A DNA stretch of 61,443 nt from the IMG/VR virus record IMGVR_UViG_3300043399_000848, positions 1 to 61,443 of that record; one strand, 5' to 3'. The notes under the pieces were generated by a model that worked only from the letters and a program-made list of their open reading frames with translations, was not told the origin of the DNA and made no database searches. This stretch comes from a virus. Lineage: Duplodnaviria; Caudoviricetes. Both the position numbers and the translations under genes were made by a program. Position 1 is the first letter of the stretch. Each line of letters opens with the position of its first letter. Positions 9,272 through 19,097 of the stretch are shown here, one piece after another.

Positions 9272-9982
9272 ATGGCGACCTTCCTGCAGCTCGTCAATCT
9301 GGCTCGTACCGAGGCGGGTGTCGCAGGCGGGGATCTGGTCACGCTTCAGTCCGGGCTGAGCACGGAATCGTCTCGGTTCAAGACCTGGGTCGCGAACGCC
9401 TGGAACGACATCCAGACCAGCCAGCCCGACTGGCAGTTCATGCGCTTCAGCGGGGAGTTCAACACCTCCCCGAACCAGGCCATGTACACGCCCCAGCAGG
9501 CCAAGGCCACGAACGACGGGACGGCCTCCGGGACGCCCATCCTGGGCGCCTGGAAGAGGGACAGCTTCCGGGTCTCGACCGCCGGCAACAACTACGCGGA
9601 CGAGATGCTGTGCGGGTACATGCCCTGGTGGCAGTACAGAAATCTGTACCAGTACGGGACCATGCGCGCACAGCGCAGCCGGCCTGTCGTGTTCAGCATC
9701 GACCCGCAGAAGAACCTCTACTTCGGGATCATCCCCGACGGCGCGTACACGATTGGGTACGAGTTCTACCGCACCCCGGTGGCGCTGAGCGCCGACGCTG
9801 ACGCACCGGTCATGCCGGACAGGTTCCACAACCTGATCGCGTACAAGGCCCTGCGCGCGTACGGCATCTTCATGTCCGCGCCCGAGGTCATCGGCCGCGC
9901 AGACGACAGGATCTCGCAGCTTGAGCCTGCGCTCCTGATCGACCAGCTCCTGCCCGTGGAGAGCGGACCCCCGCTGGCCTGA
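9272..9982 (+). CDS. Head-tail adaptor (tail tubular A-like)
   Basis: MATFLQLVN start, DWQFMR, PDGAYTI, PDRFHNLIAYKAL; gene position. Confidence 0.7.
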   Translation: MATFLQLVNLARTEAGVAGGDLVTLQSGLSTESSRFKTWVANAWNDIQTSQPDWQFMRFSGEFNTSPNQAMYTPQQAKATNDGTASGTPILGAWKRDSFRVSTAGNNYADEMLCGYMPWWQYRNLYQYGTMRAQRSRPVVFSIDPQKNLYFGIIPDGAYTIGYEFYRTPVALSADADAPVMPDRFHNLIAYKALRAYGIFMSAPEVIGRADDRISQLEPALLIDQLLPVESGPPLA

Positions 9983-9983
9983 T

Positions 9984-12029
9984 ATGGTCCCCATCCGCAC
10001 GTCGCCGGTACGATATGACACGTTCCAGCTGGCTGGCGGCCTGGACCTGATCACGCCCACCCTGAGCCTGCCTCCCGGCGTGGCGAGGGACGCGCAGAAC
10101 TTCGAGGTCAGCACGACCGGGGGCTACAGCCGCATCTCCGGATACGAGCGCTTCGACGGCCGCAAGAGCCCGAGCACGGCCTCGTTCACGATCATCTCGC
10201 TGAGCTCCGTGGCCGGGGTGTCCGTGGGCAGCACGATCAAGAACCTGGCCAACACGATCAACGGCGTGGTCGCCGCGGTCGAGGGCAACAACGTCATCTA
10301 CACGAAAGCCGTCGGCACGTTCACGGTCGGCACGAGCGTGTACATCGGCGCGACCCTGATCGGCACGGTCACGGCTGTCGGCGTGGCCCCGGCGAACTCG
10401 CTTGCGATTGCGACCTACACCGCGGCCGCGTCGGACATCTACCGTGCGGACATCGGCGCCGTGCCCGGCAGCGGCCCGATCCGCGGCGTCGCGTACCTCG
10501 GCAACACGGTCTACGCGTGGCGGGACAATGTCGGCGCCACGGCGATGGCGATCTACAAGTCGAGCGCCACCGGGTGGACCAGCGTCGCTCTGGGCTGGGA
10601 GCTGCCTTTTACTGGCGGCACCGGCACGGCGATCGTCGCCGGGGACACCGTCGTTGGTGCTACCAGCGGGGCGACGGGCATGGTCGCGAGGGTCGTTCTG
10701 GAAAACGGCACGACCTGGAACGGAGGCTCTGGCAGGCTGATCCTGTCGAGCACGACCGGGACCTTTGCCGCGGCGGAGCACCTGAACGTCACCACGAAGC
10801 GGGCCGACTGCGCTGGCGCTGCGACCGCGATTACCTTGCAGCCTGGCGGACGCGTGGAGACGGTCATTGCCAACATGGGCGGCGCTGGTGCAACCAACAG
10901 GCTCTACGGCGCCGACGGGGTGAATAGGGGCTTCGAGTTCGACGGCACGGTCTATGTGCCGATCAAGACGGGGATGGCTGTCGACACGCCCCTGCACGTC
11001 TCCGTCCACAAGAACTACCTCTTCTTCAGCTTCGGGTCGTCGGTCCAGTACAGCGGCCTGGGCACGCCTTACGTGTGGTCGATCGTCCTCGGGGCCGGCG
11101 AGCTGGTGATGCCGGAGACGGTCACTTGTTTCCAGTCAATGCCCGGAGACGAAACAACCGGGTCTCTCGCGATTTACGGAAAGAACAACACGTTCATCCT
11201 ATACGGCACCGTCGCATCCCAGTGGAATCTGGTGCAGTACGACAGGGGCACGGGCGCGGCCGCGTACACGGTTCAAACGGTCAGCGACGCATACGGGCTG
11301 GACGACAGAGGCGTGATGTCTCTGCGCACCTCTCGTGCGTTCGGCAACTTCAACACCTCTGCTTTGACTCTGCAACTGCGCCCGTTCATCCAGAGCCACC
11401 GCGGCCAGGCGACGGCCAGCGGTGTCAGCCGGGAGAAGAGCCAGTACCGGGTGTTCTATGGTGACGGTTTCGGTTTGTACGTGACGATCGCCAACGGCCG
11501 CCTGCTGGGCTCGATGCCTGTCTACTTCCCGAACGCTGTCGAGTGCTGGTGCGAGGGCGAGTCGTCGGCCGGCTCGGAGGTGAGTTTCTTCGGGTCGGAC
11601 AATGGCTACGTCTACCAGATGGAGACCGGTCCCGATTTCGACGGTGCTGCGATCAGCGCGTACCTGCGGCTCAACTACGCGTCCGAGGGCAACGCTCGTG
11701 TGCTGAAGAGGTACCGCAGGGCATCCCTGGAGATCACGGGCAGCGGATACGCCGCTTTCGACTTCGGGTACTCGCTGGGTTACGGCTCGTCTGCGATCGA
11801 CCAGCCTCCGGAGACTTCGTATGCGGTCCCGTTCTCGGGGTCGTTTTGGGACTCTTTCGTGTGGGACGCGTTCATCTGGGACGGGCAGACGCTGTTCCCT
11901 GCTGAGACACAGGTCGACGGCACGGCCGAGAACATCGCCATGATCGTCAACACGAACAGCAGGCTCAACCAGCCGTTCACTATCAACAGCATCACGCTGC
12001 ACTATTCGCCTCGTCGAGGAATCCGGTAA
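9984..12029 (+). CDS. Tail nozzle/DNA-stabilisation protein (tail tubular B-like)
   Basis: 681-aa beta-propeller-like composition (GGLDL, NFE, GYSRISGYERFDG); follows the adaptor. Confidence 0.65.
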   Translation: MVPIRTSPVRYDTFQLAGGLDLITPTLSLPPGVARDAQNFEVSTTGGYSRISGYERFDGRKSPSTASFTIISLSSVAGVSVGSTIKNLANTINGVVAAVEGNNVIYTKAVGTFTVGTSVYIGATLIGTVTAVGVAPANSLAIATYTAAASDIYRADIGAVPGSGPIRGVAYLGNTVYAWRDNVGATAMAIYKSSATGWTSVALGWELPFTGGTGTAIVAGDTVVGATSGATGMVARVVLENGTTWNGGSGRLILSSTTGTFAAAEHLNVTTKRADCAGAATAITLQPGGRVETVIANMGGAGATNRLYGADGVNRGFEFDGTVYVPIKTGMAVDTPLHVSVHKNYLFFSFGSSVQYSGLGTPYVWSIVLGAGELVMPETVTCFQSMPGDETTGSLAIYGKNNTFILYGTVASQWNLVQYDRGTGAAAYTVQTVSDAYGLDDRGVMSLRTSRAFGNFNTSALTLQLRPFIQSHRGQATASGVSREKSQYRVFYGDGFGLYVTIANGRLLGSMPVYFPNAVECWCEGESSAGSEVSFFGSDNGYVYQMETGPDFDGAAISAYLRLNYASEGNARVLKRYRRASLEITGSGYAAFDFGYSLGYGSSAIDQPPETSYAVPFSGSFWDSFVWDAFIWDGQTLFPAETQVDGTAENIAMIVNTNSRLNQPFTINSITLHYSPRRGIR

Positions 12030-14038
12030 TGGCAAATCCGTACTACACCCCGACTGGTTACCCCGCGACTGGAGCCTCCGGGTCGTCCGCTTCGATGCGC
12101 TCGGAGCTGGCGCTGGTGGAGGGCGGTTTCGACCTGTTGCCCACACTCTCCGGCAACGGCGGGAAGCACGTGACGGTGAACTCCGGTGGTACGGCGTTGG
12201 CGGCTTCCGCGGTTGTTTCGGAGTCCGGGTCGACCCTGACCGTCGCGGGCAACCTGACCGTCACCGGCAACACGACCCTCGGAGACGCGAGCGGCGACAC
12301 GCTCACCGTGGCCCCGAGCGCCGTGACCTGGTCCGGCAACCCGACCCACAGCGGCAACCACACGTTCAGTGGCAACGTCACCCTCAGCGCCGGCACCGCG
12401 AACCGGTTGCTGTACCTCGACGGCAGCAAGCTGGTCACGACCAACGCTGGTCTGACCTACGACGGGACGTACCTGGGCGCGACCTTCCGGGACAACGGTT
12501 TCACCCTGAAGGACAACACGGACGCGACGAAGACGGCCGTGTTCGAGCTCAGCGGGATCACGACCGGGCAGACCCGCACGTATACGCTGCCGGACGTCAG
12601 CGACTCTCTGGCCACGCTTGGCAACGTCAGCCAGACGTTCGCGGGTACGGTAACCGTCTCCGGCACGTTCAACACGACGGGCACGTTCTCGACGATCGGC
12701 AACACGACTGCCGCGACGACGATCGGCCTGGGCCCCGGCGCGACGGTCTCAGGCAGCACCAAGACCATCAACATCGGCACCGCTGGCGTCAGCGGCAGCA
12801 CGACCAATATCAACATCGGCTCCGCGGTGGCGGGGTCGACGACGAGCATCATCTTCAACTCGGGCGGCGCCGAGGCTGGGCGGTTCAGTGGGGGAAATCT
12901 TGGCGTCGGTACCTCCTCCCCCGCTCAGCTCATCGACGCCGTTCGGACGCACAACGCAGGCACGAGCATCACCGTCCGCAATGCGAACACGGAGGCTTCA
13001 GCCAACGCGCAGTTCATCGCCAACGCGGACACGACTGTGGGCCGCTTCTCGGTATATTCCTCCGGTGCGGGGGCGCTTGCCAACCTCGTTGCCATCGAGC
13101 AGTCGACCAACAACCCGATTGTTTTCTACCTGAACAGCACGGAGCGGGTTCGAATCGACGGGTCGGGCAACGTCGGCGTCAACACCAACAACCCCGGCGG
13201 TTACGGCGGCCGGCTCAACGTCTACGCTGGCGACATCGTCGTGGCGGATGTGGGCACCGCGTCCGGGGCCTCTGCTCCGCGCCTGGGCAGCTCGTCGCAA
13301 GCGCTGGTCTTCAAGACCAACAGCGGCGGCGGTTCGGCTTCGGAGGTGGCGCGCATCGACGGCAGCGGCAACCTCGGGATTGGGACGAGCAGTCCGACCC
13401 GAAAGCTCCAAGTCTCGTCGGCGGGCAGCAACTACATCGCATCTGTCAACATTTCTGGCAGCACTTCCGCGCTGCTGTTGGGGGCGGAAAGCGGTGTAAC
13501 TGCCCTCTACTCGTGGACGACCGTCGGCGGGTCAACGGGCGTTCCGATGACCTTCTACGCAGGCGCGTCGGAAGGGATGCGGCTGGATACGAACAGCTAC
13601 CTCCTCGTCGGCTACACCACCTCCAACGGCGCGTACAGACTTCAGGTCAACAGCCAGATCTACGCGACCAACGCGACCATCGCCACTTCGGACGGCCGGT
13701 ACAAGGAGGACGTGCAGCCGGTAGAGAACGCGCTGGACACGGTTGCCAAGCTGCGCCCGGTCTCGTTCAAATGGAAGCAGCACGAGGTCCACAACTTCCC
13801 CGTCGGCCAGACCGACGTTGGCTTCATCGCTCAGGAAGTCCAGACCGCGCTTGATGGCTCGGCGTACGCCGATCAGATCGTCAAGGCCAATACCTGCACC
13901 CTGCCCAGCGGCGAGGAGGAGACCTTCCTGGGTCTGGCCGACTCCAAGCTGATCCCGGTGTTGGTCAAGGCGATTCAGGAACAGCAATCCCTCATCGAAG
14001 AACTGCGCGCCCGCGTGGCCGCTCTGGAGGCCCAATGA
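12029..14038 (+). CDS. Tail fibre with C-terminal peptidase S74 intramolecular chaperone
   Basis: RIDGSGNxGIGTxxP repeats; SDGRYKEDV, LRPVSFKWK, GFIAQEV, LIPVLVKAIQE plus coiled coil. Confidence 0.88.
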   Translation: MANPYYTPTGYPATGASGSSASMRSELALVEGGFDLLPTLSGNGGKHVTVNSGGTALAASAVVSESGSTLTVAGNLTVTGNTTLGDASGDTLTVAPSAVTWSGNPTHSGNHTFSGNVTLSAGTANRLLYLDGSKLVTTNAGLTYDGTYLGATFRDNGFTLKDNTDATKTAVFELSGITTGQTRTYTLPDVSDSLATLGNVSQTFAGTVTVSGTFNTTGTFSTIGNTTAATTIGLGPGATVSGSTKTINIGTAGVSGSTTNINIGSAVAGSTTSIIFNSGGAEAGRFSGGNLGVGTSSPAQLIDAVRTHNAGTSITVRNANTEASANAQFIANADTTVGRFSVYSSGAGALANLVAIEQSTNNPIVFYLNSTERVRIDGSGNVGVNTNNPGGYGGRLNVYAGDIVVADVGTASGASAPRLGSSSQALVFKTNSGGGSASEVARIDGSGNLGIGTSSPTRKLQVSSAGSNYIASVNISGSTSALLLGAESGVTALYSWTTVGGSTGVPMTFYAGASEGMRLDTNSYLLVGYTTSNGAYRLQVNSQIYATNATIATSDGRYKEDVQPVENALDTVAKLRPVSFKWKQHEVHNFPVGQTDVGFIAQEVQTALDGSAYADQIVKANTCTLPSGEEETFLGLADSKLIPVLVKAIQEQQSLIEELRARVAALEAQ

Positions 14039-14289
14039 TCGACAAGGACAAGATCTTCCACGCCGCCGCTGGTGCGGTCACGGTCATCGGTGCGTTCGCC
14101 GTGATCATGCTCTATAGCGCCTTCGGCTGGGGCCCTGCCTTTGCCTTCGCCAGCACCGCGGTGGGCATCGGCTATGAGGTCGTGCAGAAGCTGCGCAACG
14201 AAGGGCACCCCGATCCTGTCGACGCTGCGTTCACCGCAGCCCCGGGCTGGCTGGCCTGGGCCCTGATCGAACTCACGAGGGTCGCATGA
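14035..14289 (+). CDS. Small membrane protein (DKxxH...E...D motif)
   Basis: Hydrophobic helices; ATGA coupling. Confidence 0.6.
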   Translation: MIDKDKIFHAAAGAVTVIGAFAVIMLYSAFGWGPAFAFASTAVGIGYEVVQKLRNEGHPDPVDAAFTAAPGWLAWALIELTRVA

Positions 14290-14645
14290 TCGGCGAATTC
14301 ATCGCCCTGCTGTTCCTCAGCCGCGAGGTGGCACATCGCGCCCACCTGGCCACGACGAGCTACTCGCAGCACATGGCCCTGGGCGCCTTCTACGAGGGCA
14401 TCGTCCCGCTGATCGACACCCTGGCCGAGGCTTACCAGGGCCGCAACGGACTCATCGACGACATCCCCATTCTCGATCGCGAGTCTCCGGCGGACATCCT
14501 CGACACCCTCACCGCCCACCTGGCGTGGGTCGAGGCGAACAGGTACGAGGCGGCCCCCAAGGAAGACAGCACGCTGCAGAACATCATCGACGAGATCATC
14601 TCTCTGTACCTGTCGACGCTGTACAAGTTGAAGAACCTGAAGTGA
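14286..14645 (+). CDS. Ferritin/Dps-like four-helix protein (DUF5856-like)
   Basis: HxAHLxTxSYxxHxALGxFY, DTLAEAYQG, LQNIIDEI, TLYKL. Confidence 0.6.
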   Translation: MIGEFIALLFLSREVAHRAHLATTSYSQHMALGAFYEGIVPLIDTLAEAYQGRNGLIDDIPILDRESPADILDTLTAHLAWVEANRYEAAPKEDSTLQNIIDEIISLYLSTLYKLKNLK

Positions 14646-14649
14646 GGAC

Positions 14650-14937
14650 ATGATGCCCGCGGACTTCGCCGACACCGGATCTCAGCGACGCAAGCTGACC
14701 TTCGACCCGACGATCAACCTCGGGCACATCCTCACCGCGGCCGCGATGTTGGCCAGCGGAATCGCAGCATACAACACGCTCGACAAGCGCGTGGCCGTGA
14801 TCGAGGTCCAGCACACCGCGGCCAAGGAGCACCAGGCGCTGAAAGACTCGTCCCAGGATCTGATGCTGCGAGAGTCCGTGCTGAGGATCCAGGAGACCCT
14901 GACCCGGCTCGATCAAGAACGAAGGAGCACCAAGTGA
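14650..14937 (+). CDS. Single-TM coiled-coil lysis-region protein (holin/XhlA-like candidate)
   Basis: One TM segment then coiled coil, immediately before the endolysin. Confidence 0.5.
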   Translation: MMPADFADTGSQRRKLTFDPTINLGHILTAAAMLASGIAAYNTLDKRVAVIEVQHTAAKEHQALKDSSQDLMLRESVLRIQETLTRLDQERRSTK

Positions 14938-15710
14938 TGCACCCGATCGTCGAAGAGGCCCGCCCGTCGCTGGTCAAGCTCCTCAAGCGTGAGGAGGGGC
15001 TGCGCCTCAAGCCGTACCTTTGCAGCGCTGGCGTGCCCACGATTGGCGTCGGCGCAACGACCTACCCTGACGGCACGCCCGTCCGGCTGAGCGATCCGCC
15101 GATCACCGAGAAGATGGCCATGCAGATGCTGGCCGTCGAGGCTGACCGTTACATGCAGTCGGTCCTGGAAGTGTGCAAGGTATGGCCGACCGTCAACCAG
15201 CTCTGCGCGATGGCGAGCCTGGCGTACAACATCGGCGTGGCCGGGTTCAAGGGTTCGAGCGTCGCTCGCCTGCACAACCGTGGCGACCACGAAGGCGCCG
15301 CTCGCGCATTCAACCTGTGGAACCAGGCCACGGTCAAAGGGCGTCGTCAGGTTCTTCCGGGTCTCGTCGCGCGTCGGGCCCGCGAGGCGGCCCTCTACCT
15401 GACCCCTTCCGACGACGAGCAGGTCGTCCCCGTTCCGCAGGCGGTGGCCTCTGAGTCGAGGCTGGCCGCGTCCCCGATCGCAGCCAGCGGAGCCTCGGTC
15501 ACGATCGGCGGCACCGCTCTCGGTTTCGCACCCGCACTGGACGGCCTGCAGCAGGCCTCGCAGGCGGTGGACACGAGCACCGGCATGCTGGCCAAGATCA
15601 AGGACACGACGATGATGCACCCGTCGGTGATCCTCGGCGTTCTCCTGGTGATCGCTGGCGCGGTCATCGTCTGGCAGCGCTACAAGCAGCGCTCTGGCGG
15701 GTGGGCGTGA
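14934..15710 (+). CDS. Endolysin, GH24 lysozyme with C-terminal membrane segments
   Basis: EEGLRLKPYLCSAGVPTIGVG (E-x8-C-x5-T), SLAYNIG, GLVARRAREAALY. Confidence 0.9.
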   Translation: MMHPIVEEARPSLVKLLKREEGLRLKPYLCSAGVPTIGVGATTYPDGTPVRLSDPPITEKMAMQMLAVEADRYMQSVLEVCKVWPTVNQLCAMASLAYNIGVAGFKGSSVARLHNRGDHEGAARAFNLWNQATVKGRRQVLPGLVARRAREAALYLTPSDDEQVVPVPQAVASESRLAASPIAASGASVTIGGTALGFAPALDGLQQASQAVDTSTGMLAKIKDTTMMHPSVILGVLLVIAGAVIVWQRYKQRSGGWA

Positions 15711-15901
15711 TGGAAGAGCGCCGATACGCGAGCAGAAAGTTCCTGATCGCAGTCGTCCTGGTCGTGGCCACGATGGCTCTTTTCGTCTTGGGCCGTATCG
15801 ACGCCGTGCTGTGGGCTGACGTGACCAAGTGGATCGTCGGTCTTTACTACGCTGGCAATGTCGGAACGTGGCTGACTGAAGCCATCCGGAGCAAGAATTG
15901 A
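15710..15901 (+). CDS. Putative holin (2 TM)
   Basis: SRKF motif followed by two hydrophobic helices. Confidence 0.55.
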   Translation: MEERRYASRKFLIAVVLVVATMALFVLGRIDAVLWADVTKWIVGLYYAGNVGTWLTEAIRSKN

Positions 15902-16263
15902 TACCCGCAGCAGCCCTGCCGTATTTCTTCGCCGCGGCTCTTGTTGCGGCGGGGATGGCTTACGTGCAGGGCCGAAGGGATGGCCGCGAGCTGGAGACCG
16001 CACGTGCAGCACGTGAGCACCAGATCGCGGTCATGGCCGTGGACAAGGCTTCGAGCGCTGCCGCGGCCGCGATCAGAGAGATCAAGGTCACCAACACCAC
16101 CATCAAGCAGAGGGTCGAGCGTGAGATTCAAACTCGTGTTGAGTACCGCGACTGCCGCCATGCTCCTGGGGTGCTCGACGACATCAACGAAACCCTCACC
16201 GGCAAACGGCCCAAGCCCCCTGGTGGTGGCGTCGTGCCCTCCGCTAACCCCACTGGACGATGA
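15898..16263 (+). CDS. i-spanin (Rz-like)
   Basis: N-terminal TM, helical periplasmic part, Cys near the C-terminus. Confidence 0.7.
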   Translation: MIPAAALPYFFAAALVAAGMAYVQGRRDGRELETARAAREHQIAVMAVDKASSAAAAAIREIKVTNTTIKQRVEREIQTRVEYRDCRHAPGVLDDINETLTGKRPKPPGGGVVPSANPTGR

Positions 16264-16348
16264 CACTTTCGGGGCCACCACGCGCAAGCTGATCGAGGTG
16301 GCGGGGATCTACAGGGAGTGCAGGGCATCGATCGGACTGAAGGACTGA
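16121..16348 (+). CDS. o-spanin lipoprotein (Rz1-like), overlapping Rz in another frame
   Basis: GTG start gives MRFKLVLSTATAAMLLGC (lipobox), Pro-rich, two more Cys. Confidence 0.75.
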   Translation: MRFKLVLSTATAAMLLGCSTTSTKPSPANGPSPLVVASCPPLTPLDDDTFGATTRKLIEVAGIYRECRASIGLKD

Positions 16349-16349
16349 A

Positions 16350-18770
16350 ATGGCAACGACGAACCCGTTCGACATCAAACCGACTTCGGTCCCCAGCGGG
16401 GGGATCCTGACCTCGGCCATGCAGAACGTGAACGCACCGAACACGACCGGCTCGGTGGCTCAGGTCAACACGGGCGCGTTCAACCCGTTCGCCCCGACCG
16501 CGGGTTCGATGACTGCGTCCGGGTACGGCGCGACCAAGGCCGGGGCCACCGGCTACGGCGCGACCTCGGCCGGCTCGCAGGGGTACAACGCCGCGACTCA
16601 GAGCGCGACCGTGTACGGTTCGAGGGACGCCGGGGCTCAGGGCTACAACGCGGCCAGCACCTACGGGACTGGCTACGGCGCCTCGACCGCCGGCTCGCAG
16701 GGCTATGGCGCGTCCAACGCCGGCTCGCAAGGCTACGGCGCGGCCACTACCGGGGCTCAGGGCTACGGCGCGGCCGGGGTCGGCTCGCAGGGGTACAACG
16801 CTGCGGCCGCCGGCTCGCAGGGCTACCGGGCCGCGGACGCGGCCTCGCGTGGGTTCGACGCCGTCAACCAGCGATTCCAGGGCTACAACGCCGACAACGC
16901 GGCTTCGCGTGGTTACGACGCGGCAAGCATGTCCGCGACCAACTGGAACCTGAACCCGCAGCAGACCGTCGCCGGCCAGGCGCGTGGTCTTCTGGACAGC
17001 AGCAACCCCCTTCTGCAGCGCGCCCAAGCTCTCGGCATGGAGCAGGCCGCGTCTCGTGGTCTCCTGAACAGCAGCATGGCTGCCCAGCTCGGGACCAACG
17101 CGATGCTCGATCGGGCGTTGCAGATCGCTGGCGCGGACGCGCAAGCCAACCTGGCCTCGGGGCAGTTCAACGCACAGGCGGCCAACGCCGCAGCCGCAGC
17201 GAACCAGGCCGCAGCGAACCAGGCGGCTCAGTTCGGAGCCGGCGCGTTCAATCAGGCCGCTCTCGCCAATGCTGCCGCACGCAACCAGGCCGCTCAGTTC
17301 GGCGCTGGGGCAGCCAATGCCGCATTCTCCGCGGACGCCGCAGCCGCCAATCGGGCCGCAGAGTTCGGTGCGGGCGCGTTCAACCAGGCCGCGCTGGCCA
17401 ACGCTGCAGCCCAGAACCGGGCGGGCGAGTTCAGCTCCGCGGCCGCCAACGCTGCCGCCCTGCAGAACGCCCAGCTGGCCTCGCGCGCGAGCGAGTTCGG
17501 CGCTGGCGCGGCCAACACGGCAGCGCTGTCTACCCAGGCCGCCCTGAACCGAGCGGCGGAGTTCGGAGCTTCTGCCCAGAACCAGGCTGCCCTGTCCAAC
17601 CAGGCTGCGTTCAACCAGGCGTCGCAGTTCGGAGCAAACGCGGCGAACACGGCAGCGCTGGCCAACGCCGCTGCGCAGAACCAGGCTGCTCAGTTCGGTG
17701 CGGCGTCCGCCAACACGGCGGCGCTGTCCAACCGAGACGCTCTTAACCAGGCCGCGCAGTTTGGTGCGGCCGCCCAGAACCAGGCCCTGCTGCAGAACGC
17801 GCAGCTGGCTTCGAGGGCTGGGGAGTTCGGCGCCGCGGCCCAGAACCAGGCCGCTCTCGCGAACGCTGCCGCGGCCAACGAGGCGGCCCAGTTCGGTGCT
17901 GCCGCTCAGAACCAGGCCGCGGCCGCGAACGCCGCTGCGATGAACCGCGCTGGCGAGTTCGGCGCAGGGGCGGCCAACACCGCAGCTCTGGCGAACGCTG
18001 CGGCGATGAATCAGGCCGGTCAGTTTGGTGCTGCAGCTCAGAACCAGGTCGCACTGGCGAACCAGGCCGCGTTCAACCAGGCCGCGCAGTTCGGTGCTGC
18101 CGCCCAGAACGCAGCTGCCTCGCAGAACGCTCAGGCGCAGAACGCCCTCCAGCAGCAGCAATACGGCCTGCTGGCGAACGCGATGTCTCAGAACGCCCAG
18201 GCTCAGAACCAGGCCGTGTCTCAAACTGCGCAGATGATGATGCAGGCCGGGCTGGCCAATCAGAACCAAGCCTTCCAGGCCGCTTCGATGCAGTACGACG
18301 CCGCGTTCAAGGCCTCGATGGCCAACGCAGACGCGAACAACCGGATGGCCCTGACCCAGCTCGACGGTCAGATCAAGTCCGGGCTGGCCAACATCGAGGC
18401 CCAGTTCAAGACTCAGATGCAGGCGAGCCAGTCGGCGTCCACGATGTACGCGCAGACGATCCAGGCGCTGGGCCAGATCATGAACAACAAGGACCTCGAC
18501 GCTGGCGCCCGCAACAACATGGTCAACCAGCAGATGTCCGTCCTCGCCAACGGACTGGCGCTGCAGGGATCGATCAGCAACATCGCCGGCCTGGACAGCT
18601 ACATCGAGGACATCCGCAACACGTTCGGCCAGGGGGCCGCTGCACCCGCTCCGGCTCCCGCCCCGGCGCCAGCTCCTGGGACTCCAGCGCCCGCCCCAGG
18701 GGGCGGCTACAACTACAACGTGGGCGGGTATGAATACAACCTGGGCCCTGAATCTTCTGGACCGTGGTGA
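16350..18770 (+). CDS. Putative ejection/internal virion protein with 10-aa GY and 22-aa NQAAQFG repeats
   Basis: A/N/Q/G-rich; ASRGLLNSSMAA motif; position after the tail and lysis genes. Confidence 0.65.
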   Translation: MATTNPFDIKPTSVPSGGILTSAMQNVNAPNTTGSVAQVNTGAFNPFAPTAGSMTASGYGATKAGATGYGATSAGSQGYNAATQSATVYGSRDAGAQGYNAASTYGTGYGASTAGSQGYGASNAGSQGYGAATTGAQGYGAAGVGSQGYNAAAAGSQGYRAADAASRGFDAVNQRFQGYNADNAASRGYDAASMSATNWNLNPQQTVAGQARGLLDSSNPLLQRAQALGMEQAASRGLLNSSMAAQLGTNAMLDRALQIAGADAQANLASGQFNAQAANAAAAANQAAANQAAQFGAGAFNQAALANAAARNQAAQFGAGAANAAFSADAAAANRAAEFGAGAFNQAALANAAAQNRAGEFSSAAANAAALQNAQLASRASEFGAGAANTAALSTQAALNRAAEFGASAQNQAALSNQAAFNQASQFGANAANTAALANAAAQNQAAQFGAASANTAALSNRDALNQAAQFGAAAQNQALLQNAQLASRAGEFGAAAQNQAALANAAAANEAAQFGAAAQNQAAAANAAAMNRAGEFGAGAANTAALANAAAMNQAGQFGAAAQNQVALANQAAFNQAAQFGAAAQNAAASQNAQAQNALQQQQYGLLANAMSQNAQAQNQAVSQTAQMMMQAGLANQNQAFQAASMQYDAAFKASMANADANNRMALTQLDGQIKSGLANIEAQFKTQMQASQSASTMYAQTIQALGQIMNNKDLDAGARNNMVNQQMSVLANGLALQGSISNIAGLDSYIEDIRNTFGQGAAAPAPAPAPAPAPGTPAPAPGGGYNYNVGGYEYNLGPESSGPW

Positions 18771-19096
18771 CGATGTTCGAGCCCGTCGCAGATCCCTGGC
18801 AGGAGACGTTCTACGAGAAGGACGGCCAACGCGTGGCCAGGCTCATGCACGTCGGCACGGAGGTCCACTTCGAGATCCTGCCCGAGTACCGTCACAAGGT
18901 CATTTTCAGGGACGTCACACGGGAATTCCTCAAGCCGGTCTTCGACAAGCAGGGGTTCCTCACGACCAAGGCCCCGGTCGATGACGTGGTCAACCAGAGG
19001 TTTGTGCGCAGGCTCGGCTTCGTCGAGACCTGGTCGGACGGGATCTATCGCTACTACATGATGACGGCCCTGCCGTTCGAGAAGAAGGAACACTGA
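18764..19096 (+). CDS. GNAT-fold virion assembly protein (P22 gp14/T7 gp13-like)
   Basis: EVHFEILPEYRHK, FVRRLGF; located in the ejection module. Confidence 0.6.
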   Translation: MVTMFEPVADPWQETFYEKDGQRVARLMHVGTEVHFEILPEYRHKVIFRDVTREFLKPVFDKQGFLTTKAPVDDVVNQRFVRRLGFVETWSDGIYRYYMMTALPFEKKEH

Positions 19097-19097
19097 C

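Noticed and set aside
12029-14038. Diversity-generating retroelement targeting the tail fibre
   Set aside because: No reverse transcriptase and no TR/VR pair with adenine-specific mismatches seen
16510-16930. Ice-nucleation protein similarity (GY-rich repeats)
   Set aside because: Period is 10 aa rather than 8/16, TxT ladders are absent, and the context is the ejection module
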